Below, one piece after another: positions 50,545 to 59,813 of a stretch of DNA of 64,000 bases. The number at the start of each line of letters is the position of its first letter. The stretch's first letter is position 1. The notes under the pieces were generated by a model, which saw only the letters and a list, made by a program, of their open reading frames with translations, did not search any database and was not told where the DNA came from. This DNA is from Rheinheimera sp. (GTDB lineage Bacteria > Pseudomonadota > Gammaproteobacteria > Enterobacterales > Alteromonadaceae), in the NCBI GenBank assembly GCA_037968955.1, contig JBBKWN010000146.1, forward strand, positions 1,051 to 65,050, written 5' to 3'. The position numbers were made by a program, and so were the translations under genes.

Positions 50545-51333
50545 ATGTCAAAATTAACTGCATTCACTATCGGATTACTGGCGTTGAGTTTAACGGCCTG
50601 TAACCCGGCCCAGAAATCAGCGCTGGCTGGCGCAGAACCTTTGCCGGTCACTGCCAGCAGCTCGTTGGTTCTTCGCACTTATCAAGTTCCCGCGGGCGAT
50701 GCACAAGCGGTTCGCAGTACGCTGAATTCGTTATTTCGGGTCAACAGTGAGCAGGTGATCCCGGCGCGGGTTGATGTATTGCCCGATCAACAACTGGCGG
50801 TTTACGCCACTGAAATCACCCATCAGTCAGTGGCTACAGTACTGGCACAGTTAAAACCGGCGGTAAAAACTAAAGCCATGCAGGCCAAAATCAGTTATTG
50901 GCTGGTGCTGGCCCAACCGGACGCAAACCCTCAGCTGCCGGGGGCTGGATTAACTGAGATTAAAGCTGCTTTGCACCAAATCAGTCAACAGCATGGCTCG
51001 CTGCAGTTTGAACTACTGGAGCGACTCGAACTGACCAGTGTCCAGCGGACCAAAAATAACGCTGGATCTGTAGATCGAGCGATAGTTCGTGGCAGTATGT
51101 TTGTGATTAGTCAGGAAATAACTCAGTCCGGTGATGGTTCGCAGCTGCAATTGGCGATTGAAAAAAATCGTAAAATATCCGCTGAGCTCAGCACTAAGTT
51201 GCCCAATGACTTTCAATTAAATACCAATTTAACCGCCGATCAGCCGGATCAATTACTGGTAGTTGGATCCAATGCCAGTGATATTGCTAAAGGGCAGTAT
51301 CTGTACACTATCGTTCGTATTCAACAACAATAA
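50545..51333 (+). CDS. Hypothetical lipoprotein
   Basis: SD AGGAAGG. The lipobox LSLTAC comes after MSKLTAFTIGLLA. It is co-directional with the ECF sigma gene, which starts 13 nt downstream. Confidence 0.75.
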   Translation: MSKLTAFTIGLLALSLTACNPAQKSALAGAEPLPVTASSSLVLRTYQVPAGDAQAVRSTLNSLFRVNSEQVIPARVDVLPDQQLAVYATEITHQSVATVLAQLKPAVKTKAMQAKISYWLVLAQPDANPQLPGAGLTEIKAALHQISQQHGSLQFELLERLELTSVQRTKNNAGSVDRAIVRGSMFVISQEITQSGDGSQLQLAIEKNRKISAELSTKLPNDFQLNTNLTADQPDQLLVVGSNASDIAKGQYLYTIVRIQQQ

Positions 51334-51345
51334 CGGTGTCGGTTA

Positions 51346-51900
51346 ATGATACAAGAGCAGGAGTTGCTCGACTGTTATCAGGCGCTGGAGCGCCCGTTGT
51401 ATAACGTATTGTACCGGATGTTATGGCAGGCACAGGACTGTCAGGACCTGTTGCAGGAAGCTTTTTTAAAAGTGTGGCAGCATCGCGAGCAAGTCGATGC
51501 GGCAACTTTGCCGGCCTATGTTTACACCACAGCATTAAATCTGGCTCGCAATAAAATCCGCTGGCGGCTTAATTGGGTGTTTGACAGCATTGAGCCGTGG
51601 TTCGGCGCCAGGCTGGATGGAGAACAGTTGATGGCAGGTTCGGTGGCTAAAGATTCACCAGAGCATCTTTTACAACAGCAGCAACAACAGCAGTTGTTAC
51701 GAAAGGCGCTCGCTGGGCTGCCATCTGTGGAGCGTGAAGTGCTGTTAATGACTGAATATAGCGAGCTGACGTTGGCGCAAACGGCGCAAGTGCTAGCGAT
51801 AGCCCCAGGCACCGTGGCGTCGAGGCGCTTAAGGGCGTTAAAACAGTTAAAATCGAAGCTCGAACAACTGACCGGGAGAACTTGGACCGATGAAGATTAA
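51346..51900 (+). CDS. ECF-type RNA polymerase sigma factor
   Basis: Sigma-2 region DLLQEAFLKVWQ and sigma-4 HTH LTLAQTAQVLAIAPGTVASRRLRALKQLK. The linker is unusually long and Gln-rich (LLQQQQQQQLL). Confidence 0.85.
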   Translation: MIQEQELLDCYQALERPLYNVLYRMLWQAQDCQDLLQEAFLKVWQHREQVDAATLPAYVYTTALNLARNKIRWRLNWVFDSIEPWFGARLDGEQLMAGSVAKDSPEHLLQQQQQQQLLRKALAGLPSVEREVLLMTEYSELTLAQTAQVLAIAPGTVASRRLRALKQLKSKLEQLTGRTWTDED

Positions 51901-52264
51901 ACTGCTGCTACAGCCCATTGCGCCGCCACCACAAGGGCTGGAAAAACTGCAACAAGCGCTGCTGTTGCAACACAAGGTGTTGGCGCAGTCAGCCTCAGAG
52001 CCGTTGGTGTTTGCAGCAGTGGTGCCATCTGGCCATTCGCCTCGCCTTTGGCAAGCTGCTGCACCCTTGCTGGTTGGTGCGCTGTTCGTTGGAGTACTAT
52101 TGGTTGGAGTATTGTTGAGCGTCGGTAGTTGGCCAGATGATAGCCAGCCGCTTGTTGCGCTAACGCTGCCATCCGCTGAAGTTGTGGTAAAGCAAAGTTC
52201 GCTGGTGGCGCTGCCAAGTTCAGATCCAAAGGTGAAAATGTATTGGGCGATGTCGGAGGGGTAG
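51890..52264 (+). CDS. Putative single-pass anti-sigma factor
   Basis: It overlaps the sigma gene by 11 nt. 124 aa with one TM (PLLVGALFVGVLLVGVLLSVG). No zinc-binding HxxxCxxC motif. Confidence 0.55.
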   Translation: MKIKLLLQPIAPPPQGLEKLQQALLLQHKVLAQSASEPLVFAAVVPSGHSPRLWQAAAPLLVGALFVGVLLVGVLLSVGSWPDDSQPLVALTLPSAEVVVKQSSLVALPSSDPKVKMYWAMSEG

Positions 52265-52288
52265 TCATTGCTAGGGTATTGAAATAAA

Positions 52289-52338
52289 AAAGGGCATCAC
52301 CACAACGTTCAGAGACTGAACATGTGCTGATGCCCTTT
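52289..52338 (-). terminator. Long hairpin terminator of putA (also downstream of the anti-sigma gene)
   Basis: aaagggcatca (52289-52299) pairs with tgatgcccttt (52328-52338), with inner pairing gttcag/ctgaac. A T-run follows on the minus strand (the complement of aaataaaaaa). Confidence 0.65.
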
Positions 52339-52359
52339 ACCGTTGGTTAACGTTGGTCG

Positions 52360-55300
52360 TTAACCAACCTCATCATTCATCGTCATCAATGACGCATTGC
52401 CACCGGCGGCCGTGGTATTGATAGTGACGGTTTTTTCGGTGACCAGACGATGGACTAATCGCTCATCGGCTGGGGTGGTGATCAGCGGCGAAATAGCGCC
52501 TTCACGGGCCGAGATTAATTCACCGGTCAGTGCTTTTACTGCGCTCCCAGCCTCGACCACAGCGGCAGCAATGATCGGGTTATTGATCAGTGCTTTTAAC
52601 TGTTGTAGTTTGACTATCTGGAACAACGATGGTGGCAAACCACTGCTGAGTAAGACTTTACGACAGGCATCGGTTTCCGCGATAAAGTGTTCTTCCATTG
52701 CAGCGACCACCGCATTGCCAGCGGCAAGCGCCGTCACGACACTGACCAGCCAATATTTGAAGCAGGCGCTGTCATCGCGCACTGTCGCCACCACACCACG
52801 AGCTTCCAGATGTAATTGGTTTGATTCACCGGTTGGCCCTGGCAACATGATCGGTGCAGACAGTTGGGTTTCGATGTCATTGAGCACATCGCGCGCCGAC
52901 TCGATAATTTGCAGTAAATCCTGCTCTTGCTTGAGCACAATGCTGTTTGAAGCCAGCTGCGCCAAGAACTGGCGGAACACCGAGCAGCGCTTGGTGGCGT
53001 CTTGTTTTGACCAAGCCGGTTGTGCCACTGCCGCTTGTTGCAGCAAACTGTTTACCACCGTATCGTGACAAGGCGCGGCCATTAATTGTTGCCGTTTGCT
53101 GTCGCTCAGTTCAGCTTCAGTCACATCCAGATTATCTTTCACCAAGCGCGTGAGATAAAACGGGCCACCGGCTTTGGGGCCTGTGCCGGACAAACCACGG
53201 CCACCAAAAGGTTGCACGCCAACCACAGCCCCAATCAGATTCCGATTGACGTAGATATTACCGGCTTTGGCATCCCGAGCGACTTGTTGGGTGACTTCAG
53301 CAATACGACTGTGCACACCAATGGTTAGGCCGTAGCCTGTGGCATTGATTTGGGCAATCACTTGCGCCAGTTCTTCCCCCTTAAAGCGGATGATATGCAC
53401 CACCGGCCCAAAGACTTCACGCTCTAATACGTTCAGGCTTTTAATTTCATACAGTCGTGGCGCAAAGAATAAATGGCCATCACCACTTGGCGCATGACAC
53501 ACATGATGCAAGGTGGCTTTGCCTTCTAAATATTTAACGTGATTATTCAGGCCGTTAATAGCTTTTTGGTCAATCACTGGCCCCACGTCAGTGGATAAAT
53601 ACGCCGGATCGCCAACATTGAGCTCTAGCATGGCACCTTTAATCATGGTGATGATTTTATCAGCGACATCTTCTTGCAAGAACAGAACCCGCAGCGCCGA
53701 ACAGCGCTGGCCAGCACTTTGAAAGCCGGAAGAAATCACATCGTCGACCACTTGCTCTGGCAGGGCGGTCGAATCGACAATCATACAGTTCTGGCCACCG
53801 GTTTCGGCAATTAGTGGCACCGGCTCGCCACCGCGTTCAGCCAGCTTGTTGGCTATCCAGGCGCCGGTTTCGGTAGAGCCGGTAAACATCACCGCCTGAA
53901 TGCGTAAATCGGGCACAATATTTTCGCCCACAGCGCGACCCGGTGCTATCACTTGCACGACTACATCTTGTGGCAAACCAACGTCATGCCATAATTCTAA
54001 GGCGCGAATGGCCACTAAGCTGGTTTGTTCGGCCGATTTTGCCACCACCGTGTTGCCAGCAACGACTGCAGCACACACCTGACCGATAAAAATGGCCAGT
54101 GGAAAGTTCCAAGGACTGATACAAAGCACCACGCCACGGCTGTGTTGTTCTGTGGCAAACAGCTCTTCAGCGCGAGCTGCATAATAACGACAGAAATCAA
54201 CCGCTTCCCGTACTTCGGCCACACTGTCGCTGACTGTTTTGCCAGCTTCTTTAATACAAATGGTAATCAGCTCATCACGATTGGCTTCCAGCGCATCGGC
54301 TAATTTACGTAAGCTATCGGCACGCTCGGTCACCGGTGTTGCCGTCCAGGCTGGGAATGCAGCTTGCGCCCGATCAACAATGGCGGTCATTTCTTCTGGG
54401 GTGGCGTGTAAATGATACCCCAGCACTTCATTTAAATTGGCTGGGTTGAGCACGGCGTTAGCACCGGCGGGTGGTTGCTGCGCGGTGGCGCGGCTGACCC
54501 AGCTGTGCAAGTTTGTACGCAGGGTGGTTAACACATCAATTTCAGTTAAATCAATGCCTTTTGAGTTTTTCCGCTCACTGCCGTATAAGTCAGCCGACAA
54601 TGGAATTTGCGTATTACGCCGTTGTTTCCAGCTGCGAACCAGTTCCACCGGATCTTTGAGCAACAATTCGATCGGAATATTCTCATCAATGATGTTATTC
54701 ACAAATGAGCTATTGGCGCCGTTTTCCAGCAACCGCCGCACCAAATACGCTAGTAAATCGGAGTGTTCACCGACCGGCGCATAAATCCGGCATGGCACTT
54801 TATCAGCGCTGACCACTTGATCATACAAGGCGTCACCCATGCCATGCAGGCGCTGGAATTCATAACCTTGCCGGTCTGGTGCCATTTCCAAAATGGTGGC
54901 AACGCTGTAGGCATTGTGGGTCGCAAACATTGGGTAAATGGTGTCGCGGTATTCCAGCAGCTTGCGAGCACAAGCGTGGTAAGACACGTCGGTGGATGGT
55001 TTACGGCTAAACACCGGAAAATCGCTATGGCCTTCGGTTTGACTGATTTTAACTTCAGTATCCCAATAAGCGCCTTTAACCAATCGCACCATCAGTTTGC
55101 GACCGACTTTGACGGTCAGTTCGCGTAGCCATTCCACCAAATGAAAACAACGTTTGGAATAGGCCTGAATCGCCAGACCAAAACCTTCCCAGCCAGCCAG
55201 ATCTGGATCAGAGAACACCGCTTCAATAATATCCATCGATAAATCAAGACGATCCGCTTCTTCGGCATCTACCGTAAAACTGATGTTGTAGCTTTTTGCC

Positions 55301-56139
55301 GCCAATGCCAGCTGTTTTAGTTTTGGCACCAATTCGTCCATCACGCGGTCGCGATGCGAGAATTCATAACGTGGGTGAATTGCGGAAAGTTTGACCGAAA
55401 TACCCGGGCTTTTAAAAGGCCCGCGGTTTTGTGCGGCTTTGCCGATGACATTGATAGCCATTAAATAACTTTGGAAATAACGTTCGGCATCGGCCATGGT
55501 GCGGGCGCCTTCGCCCAGCATGTCATAAGAGTATGTAAAACCTTTGTTTTCCAGTTCAACCGCACGTTCAACCGCTTTGTCGATGGTGGTGCCCATCACA
55601 AACTGGGTGCCCATAATTTGCATGGCATAACGCACCGCTTGGCGGATCACCGGCTCGCCCAAACGACCACAGGTGCGTTTGAGGAGGCCAAACTGATGTT
55701 TTTTCTGCTCATCGCTGTAATTGACCAATTTGCCAGTGAGCAATAAACCCCAAGCTGAAGCGTTGACAAATAACGACTCACTATTGCCCAAGTGCGCGCT
55801 CCAGTCACCTTCGGCTAATTTATCACGGATCAGTTTATCGGCGGTGTGGCTGTCCGGTACCCGCAATAGTGCTTCGGCTAAACACATCAGGACCAGACCT
55901 TCGTCGGTAGACAATGAAAATTCATTCAGCAGCGCATCAACGCCCCCTTTCCCCACCTGTGCTTGGCGGATATTTAACACCAATTGCCGCGCTTTTTCCC
56001 AGGCACGTGAACGGGCCTGTACCCCGATATCAGCCAGCGGCAATAATAAATCGAGAACTTTGTCTTCATCGGCGCGATAGAAATCACGCAGCGTTTGGCG
56101 TAGTGGGGTGGTCGCGGTCAGATTGCCGTTAAATAGCAT
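52360..56139 (-). CDS. putA: Bifunctional proline dehydrogenase / L-glutamate-gamma-semialdehyde dehydrogenase
   Basis: 1259 aa, with a PRODH barrel region and an aldehyde dehydrogenase region (ISPWNFPLAIF, ETGGQN). The N-terminus starts in the arm/alpha region with no ribbon-helix-helix segment. Confidence 0.95.
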   Translation of the reverse strand: MLFNGNLTATTPLRQTLRDFYRADEDKVLDLLLPLADIGVQARSRAWEKARQLVLNIRQAQVGKGGVDALLNEFSLSTDEGLVLMCLAEALLRVPDSHTADKLIRDKLAEGDWSAHLGNSESLFVNASAWGLLLTGKLVNYSDEQKKHQFGLLKRTCGRLGEPVIRQAVRYAMQIMGTQFVMGTTIDKAVERAVELENKGFTYSYDMLGEGARTMADAERYFQSYLMAINVIGKAAQNRGPFKSPGISVKLSAIHPRYEFSHRDRVMDELVPKLKQLALAAKSYNISFTVDAEEADRLDLSMDIIEAVFSDPDLAGWEGFGLAIQAYSKRCFHLVEWLRELTVKVGRKLMVRLVKGAYWDTEVKISQTEGHSDFPVFSRKPSTDVSYHACARKLLEYRDTIYPMFATHNAYSVATILEMAPDRQGYEFQRLHGMGDALYDQVVSADKVPCRIYAPVGEHSDLLAYLVRRLLENGANSSFVNNIIDENIPIELLLKDPVELVRSWKQRRNTQIPLSADLYGSERKNSKGIDLTEIDVLTTLRTNLHSWVSRATAQQPPAGANAVLNPANLNEVLGYHLHATPEEMTAIVDRAQAAFPAWTATPVTERADSLRKLADALEANRDELITICIKEAGKTVSDSVAEVREAVDFCRYYAARAEELFATEQHSRGVVLCISPWNFPLAIFIGQVCAAVVAGNTVVAKSAEQTSLVAIRALELWHDVGLPQDVVVQVIAPGRAVGENIVPDLRIQAVMFTGSTETGAWIANKLAERGGEPVPLIAETGGQNCMIVDSTALPEQVVDDVISSGFQSAGQRCSALRVLFLQEDVADKIITMIKGAMLELNVGDPAYLSTDVGPVIDQKAINGLNNHVKYLEGKATLHHVCHAPSGDGHLFFAPRLYEIKSLNVLEREVFGPVVHIIRFKGEELAQVIAQINATGYGLTIGVHSRIAEVTQQVARDAKAGNIYVNRNLIGAVVGVQPFGGRGLSGTGPKAGGPFYLTRLVKDNLDVTEAELSDSKRQQLMAAPCHDTVVNSLLQQAAVAQPAWSKQDATKRCSVFRQFLAQLASNSIVLKQEQDLLQIIESARDVLNDIETQLSAPIMLPGPTGESNQLHLEARGVVATVRDDSACFKYWLVSVVTALAAGNAVVAAMEEHFIAETDACRKVLLSSGLPPSLFQIVKLQQLKALINNPIIAAAVVEAGSAVKALTGELISAREGAISPLITTPADERLVHRLVTEKTVTINTTAAGGNASLMTMNDEVG

Positions 56140-56271
56140 TATAATTGTCCCGGTTGATACAGAAATAAATGCTGAATTTTAGTGAAATGACAGCCGCATT
56201 TGGTGGTTTATTTCCTGCTATAACCCTATATAATCTGGTTTAATTACAAACAAACCAGAAAAAATACGGTT

Positions 56272-56751
56272 ATGACCCAAAGTGAAAAAAACCGCCCACT
56301 CGACCGCATCGACCGCACCATTTTAGACACGCTGCAAAAGGATGGCCGGATCTCCAATGTTGAACTGGCCAAGAGAGTGAATTTGAGCCCAAGCCCATGT
56401 ATCGATCGCGTTCGCAAGCTGGAGCAAGAAGGTTATATCGAAGGTTATGGCGCTAAACTGAGTGCCTCCAAGTTGGGTTTGGGTACCGCTGCTTTTATAC
56501 AGGTGACGCTCGATCGCACCACCGGTGCGGTGTTTGACCAGTTTCGCGAAGCGGTGGTTAAAATTCCGGAAGTGGCGGAGTGTCATATGGTTGCTGGCGG
56601 TTTTGATTATCTACTCAAGCTGCGGCTGTCGAGCATGGAGGCGTATCGCGCAGTGCTTGGACGTATTGTTGATTTACCTGGCGTGCTGCAAACCCATACT
56701 TATGTGGTGATTGAGAAAGTAAAACAAGATTCTGGCTTGCCGTTATCCTAA
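56272..56751 (+). CDS. Lrp/AsnC-family transcriptional regulator (PutR-like by position)
   Basis: HTH LDRIDRTILDTLQKDGRISNVELAKRVNLSPSPCIDRVRKLE with a C-terminal RAM/AsnC domain. Divergent from putA. Confidence 0.88.
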   Translation: MTQSEKNRPLDRIDRTILDTLQKDGRISNVELAKRVNLSPSPCIDRVRKLEQEGYIEGYGAKLSASKLGLGTAAFIQVTLDRTTGAVFDQFREAVVKIPEVAECHMVAGGFDYLLKLRLSSMEAYRAVLGRIVDLPGVLQTHTYVVIEKVKQDSGLPLS

Positions 56752-56804
56752 AGTCGCCGAATAACCAATTATGTTGAGATATCGTGAGTCCCGGTAAATT
56801 GGGG

Positions 56805-57332
56805 TCAGTCAACAGGTGTCACTTTAGCGCGAGAGTGGGTTTCGTACTTGAATAAATATTGCCAATAACCAATATCGATCCACTGGTCAAATTTATGGCC
56901 AACCTCTTTTAAATGCGCCACTTTTTCCATGCCAAATTTTTCGTGTAAGGCTACACTCGCCGCATTAGGCAAGGCAATCCCGCATAACACCGCATGCATT
57001 CCTCGTGCGGCAAGCGTTGCAAAGAGTGCTTGATACAGTCGAGTGCCCCAGCCTTTACCCATTGCCTCTTTCGCCACATAAACCGTTGCTTCGACAGAAA
57101 AACGGTAGGCGCTGCGTCCTTTCCATTGACTTGCATAACAATAACCAATCACTTGACCTGCCTCTTCGGCAACCAGCCAAGGTAATTGGCTGGTATCACA
57201 CTCTGCTATCCGCTTTGCCATATCCGTCGCTGTGACAGGAGTCATCTCAAACGTGACAGTGGTGTTTTGGACATAGTGGTTGTAGATGTCCACGATGGCC
57301 GATGCATCGCAAAGTTGCGCAGGACGAATCAT
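56805..57332 (-). CDS. GNAT N-acetyltransferase (phosphinothricin/MSO acetyltransferase-like)
   Basis: The Met at 57332 gives MIRPAQLCDASAIVDIYNHYV... and 175 aa. The ORF-track start at 57509 adds 59 unsupported codons. Confidence 0.8.
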   Translation of the reverse strand: MIRPAQLCDASAIVDIYNHYVQNTTVTFEMTPVTATDMAKRIAECDTSQLPWLVAEEAGQVIGYCYASQWKGRSAYRFSVEATVYVAKEAMGKGWGTRLYQALFATLAARGMHAVLCGIALPNAASVALHEKFGMEKVAHLKEVGHKFDQWIDIGYWQYLFKYETHSRAKVTPVD

Positions 57333-57603
57333 CTCAGTCTCTATTTGTCGGTGTGGCAGTGGCGTTATTTTAGCGAAGACAAGGTCCACTGTCGGTAAAT
57401 TTTTAAGTTGTATCGACGAATGAATCGATACACACACTCGCAAAATATCAGCCGCAAGACACCACCTCAGCCAGAAGCTGCGACCAAATAGAGTATTTGT
57501 GATGCGCACAAAATCCTAAAAAATAGGATTAATAGTCAAATAATATCCAATTTTATAAGTTATATCTGCGGCGTATAGTTACACCATCGACAGCGCGATG
57601 ACG

Positions 57604-57645
57604 GTCGAACGATTTATTCGTCGAACAATTTATTCGTCGAACAAC
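57604..57645. repeat. 16-bp tandem repeat, about 2.6 copies, upstream of the DoxX gene
   Basis: gtcgaacgatttattc, gtcgaacaatttattc, gtcgaacaac. Confidence 0.9.
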
Positions 57646-57683
57646 GAGGCAGTCATGCTTAACTTAATAAATTGAAGGTGAAT

Positions 57684-58130
57684 ATGATGAGTAAATTACT
57701 AATTAAAAAAGTTTTAACCTCAGAAGCGGGTTTTGGCGCTTTGGCTTTACGGCTGCCGGTGGGGATTATCTTTGCCGCACACGGTGCACAAAAGTTGTTT
57801 GGCTGGTTTGGTGGTTATGGCTTGGAAGGCACCGGCGGCTGGATGGAGAGTATCGGTCTGGCCCCCGGAGTGCTGATGGCTTTGTTAGCCGGCGCTGCAG
57901 AGTTCTTTGGTGGTTTGGCGTTGGTGCTTGGTCTGCTGACCCGTCCGGCAGCTTTTGCCCTGTCCATTGCGATGGTGGTGGCGATTTTTAGTGTGCACTT
58001 TGCCAACGGCCTGTTTATGAGCAACAACGGTTATGAATTTGCTCTGGCATTGCTGGCCGCGAGTGTGTCGCTGTTATTTAGTGGCGCTGGTAAAGCATCG
58101 GTCGACGCACTACTGGCGAAAAAACTGTAA
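57684..58130 (+). CDS. DoxX-family membrane protein
   Basis: The motif LRLPVGIIFAAHGAQKLFGWFGGYG is typical of DoxX. 4 TM. ATG 57684 follows GAAGGTG. Confidence 0.85.
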   Translation: MMSKLLIKKVLTSEAGFGALALRLPVGIIFAAHGAQKLFGWFGGYGLEGTGGWMESIGLAPGVLMALLAGAAEFFGGLALVLGLLTRPAAFALSIAMVVAIFSVHFANGLFMSNNGYEFALALLAASVSLLFSGAGKASVDALLAKKL

Positions 58131-58238
58131 CCACGCAAGCCAACAAGCCTGTGTTGGGGGCAACCCAAACCAAGCGCAGACAATAATTGAGCAACGAATA
58201 ACAGCATGCCCGGCACTGGCTGGGCCAAGGAAATTACA

Positions 58239-58937
58239 ATGATTGAAGTCATTAGAACAAATGAACGGGGTGGTGCCGATTTTGGTTGGTTAAAAAGCAA
58301 ACACAGCTTTTCCTTTGGTGATTATTACAATCCAAAACAAATGGGTTTCTCGACCCTGCGAGTCATCAATGATGATCAGGTGGCCGCAGGTGCTGGTTTT
58401 CATACGCATAGCCATAAAAATATGGAAATTATCAGTTATGTGTTGTCCGGAAAAATTGCCCACAAAGATTCAGCCGGCAATGAAGAAGTGCTGCCTGCGG
58501 GTGAGTTTCAGTTGATGAGTGCCGGCAAAGGCATTTCTCATAGTGAATTTAACGCCAGTAAGAGTGACGAGCTGAAGTTTTTACAAATTTGGATCCAGCC
58601 GAATCAGTTTGATGGTGAACCCGGCTATCAGCAAAAAGATTTTGGCGAAGCAGTCGGTCTGACCGAAGTGATTACTGCAGATGGTCGAAACGGAACTTTG
58701 ACTATCAAACAGGATGCAGCTCTGTCACAACTTATTTTGTTGCCAGAACAGCTGATCCAGCTGCCTGTGCAAGCCGGACGTGCGTATTATCTGCACCTGA
58801 TCCACGGCGAGCTGGCATTGCATGGCCAGACCTTAAAACCTGGTGACGGTATGAAACTGGCGCAAGTTGCGCAGTTGAGCGCTAAAGCCGGAACCGCGCA
58901 TGTCAAAGCGCTATGGTTTGATTTACCGGGGGTTTGA
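58239..58937 (+). CDS. Pirin-family cupin (YhhW/quercetinase-like)
   Basis: ATG 58239 follows AAGGAA. Metal motif GFHTHSHKNMEIISYVLSG. Confidence 0.88.
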   Translation: MIEVIRTNERGGADFGWLKSKHSFSFGDYYNPKQMGFSTLRVINDDQVAAGAGFHTHSHKNMEIISYVLSGKIAHKDSAGNEEVLPAGEFQLMSAGKGISHSEFNASKSDELKFLQIWIQPNQFDGEPGYQQKDFGEAVGLTEVITADGRNGTLTIKQDAALSQLILLPEQLIQLPVQAGRAYYLHLIHGELALHGQTLKPGDGMKLAQVAQLSAKAGTAHVKALWFDLPGV

Positions 58938-58983
58938 TTTGTCGGGGGTTTGATTTGCCAGGGGGTTGATTTACCCGGGGGTT
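58920..58983. repeat. 16-bp tandem repeat x4 spanning the pirin stop codon
   Basis: gatttaccgggggttt, gatttgtcgggggttt, gatttgccagggggtt, gatttacccgggggtt. The first three unit junctions (58935, 58951, 58967) each create a TGA. Confidence 0.9.
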
Positions 58984-59035
58984 AAATTTTTAGTGGTGAA
59001 TAGGATCAGCGGCAGATAGGTTGCAGGAAGGAAAA

Positions 59036-59770
59036 ATGAGCATAGAAATGTGGTTGATGTTAGGCCTGGTGGTGATGCTTAGTGGCATTTCCAAAGCCGC
59101 CTTTGCCGGTGGTTTAGGCTTGTTAGCGATGCCACTGCTGTTGGTGGTATTTGACCCCCATACCGCGCTTGGCATCATGTTACCTATTCTACTGATGCTG
59201 GATGGTTTTACCCTTCGAAAATATTGGCAGCGCTGGTCGCTGCCGATTTTATGGCAATTATTGCCCGCGGCGGTAGTGGGTATTGTGGTGGCGGCGTTGT
59301 TGTTAGGGGCGCTTTCAACCGCTCAGCTGCAGTGGCTGATTGGTTTAGGTTCGATGTTATTTGCCGTGCGTTATTTTTTCTTTCGCTCCCAATCTGCGAC
59401 TTGGCTGGCAAGTCGTCCTGCCGGCGTAGTGATGGGGTTTATCAGCGGGATGAGTTCAACCTTGTTGCATGCTGGCGGGCCGCCGCTCGCCATACATTTG
59501 TTAGCGCGAAAGCTGCCGGCAACTGACTATATCGCGACCTCAGCGGTATTTTTTGCGGTGTTAAACCTAGTGAAATTACCGGCATTTATTTGGCAACAAC
59601 AATTAACTTTGGATTTATTGTGGCTGGCGCTGCCGTTTTTCCCTTTGTGTTATCTATCGATTAAATTGGGTTATTGGTTAAAGCAAAAAGTCAGTGATAA
59701 ACATTTTTTACCGGTGGTGCACCTTTTATTACTGCTGGCGGGTGGGAAGTTAATCTGGCAAGCCATTTGA
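59036..59770 (+). CDS. TauE/SafE (TSUP) family anion exporter
   Basis: ATG 59036 follows AGGAAGGA. It is polytopic, with GISKAAFAGGLGLLAMPLL and GGPPLAIHLL motifs. Confidence 0.8.
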   Translation: MSIEMWLMLGLVVMLSGISKAAFAGGLGLLAMPLLLVVFDPHTALGIMLPILLMLDGFTLRKYWQRWSLPILWQLLPAAVVGIVVAALLLGALSTAQLQWLIGLGSMLFAVRYFFFRSQSATWLASRPAGVVMGFISGMSSTLLHAGGPPLAIHLLARKLPATDYIATSAVFFAVLNLVKLPAFIWQQQLTLDLLWLALPFFPLCYLSIKLGYWLKQKVSDKHFLPVVHLLLLLAGGKLIWQAI

Positions 59771-59813
59771 CAGCATCTTTGCCCCGATTTGGGCACTTTA
59801 CAGGAGTATCGGT

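Noticed and set aside
52397-53068. 223-codon plus-strand ORF antisense to putA, together with the other 60-125-codon ORFs listed inside putA, mrcA, metL, pilM and the adhesin.
   Set aside because: These are typical antisense or out-of-frame shadows within long, confidently identified genes. None has a family motif or a start context.
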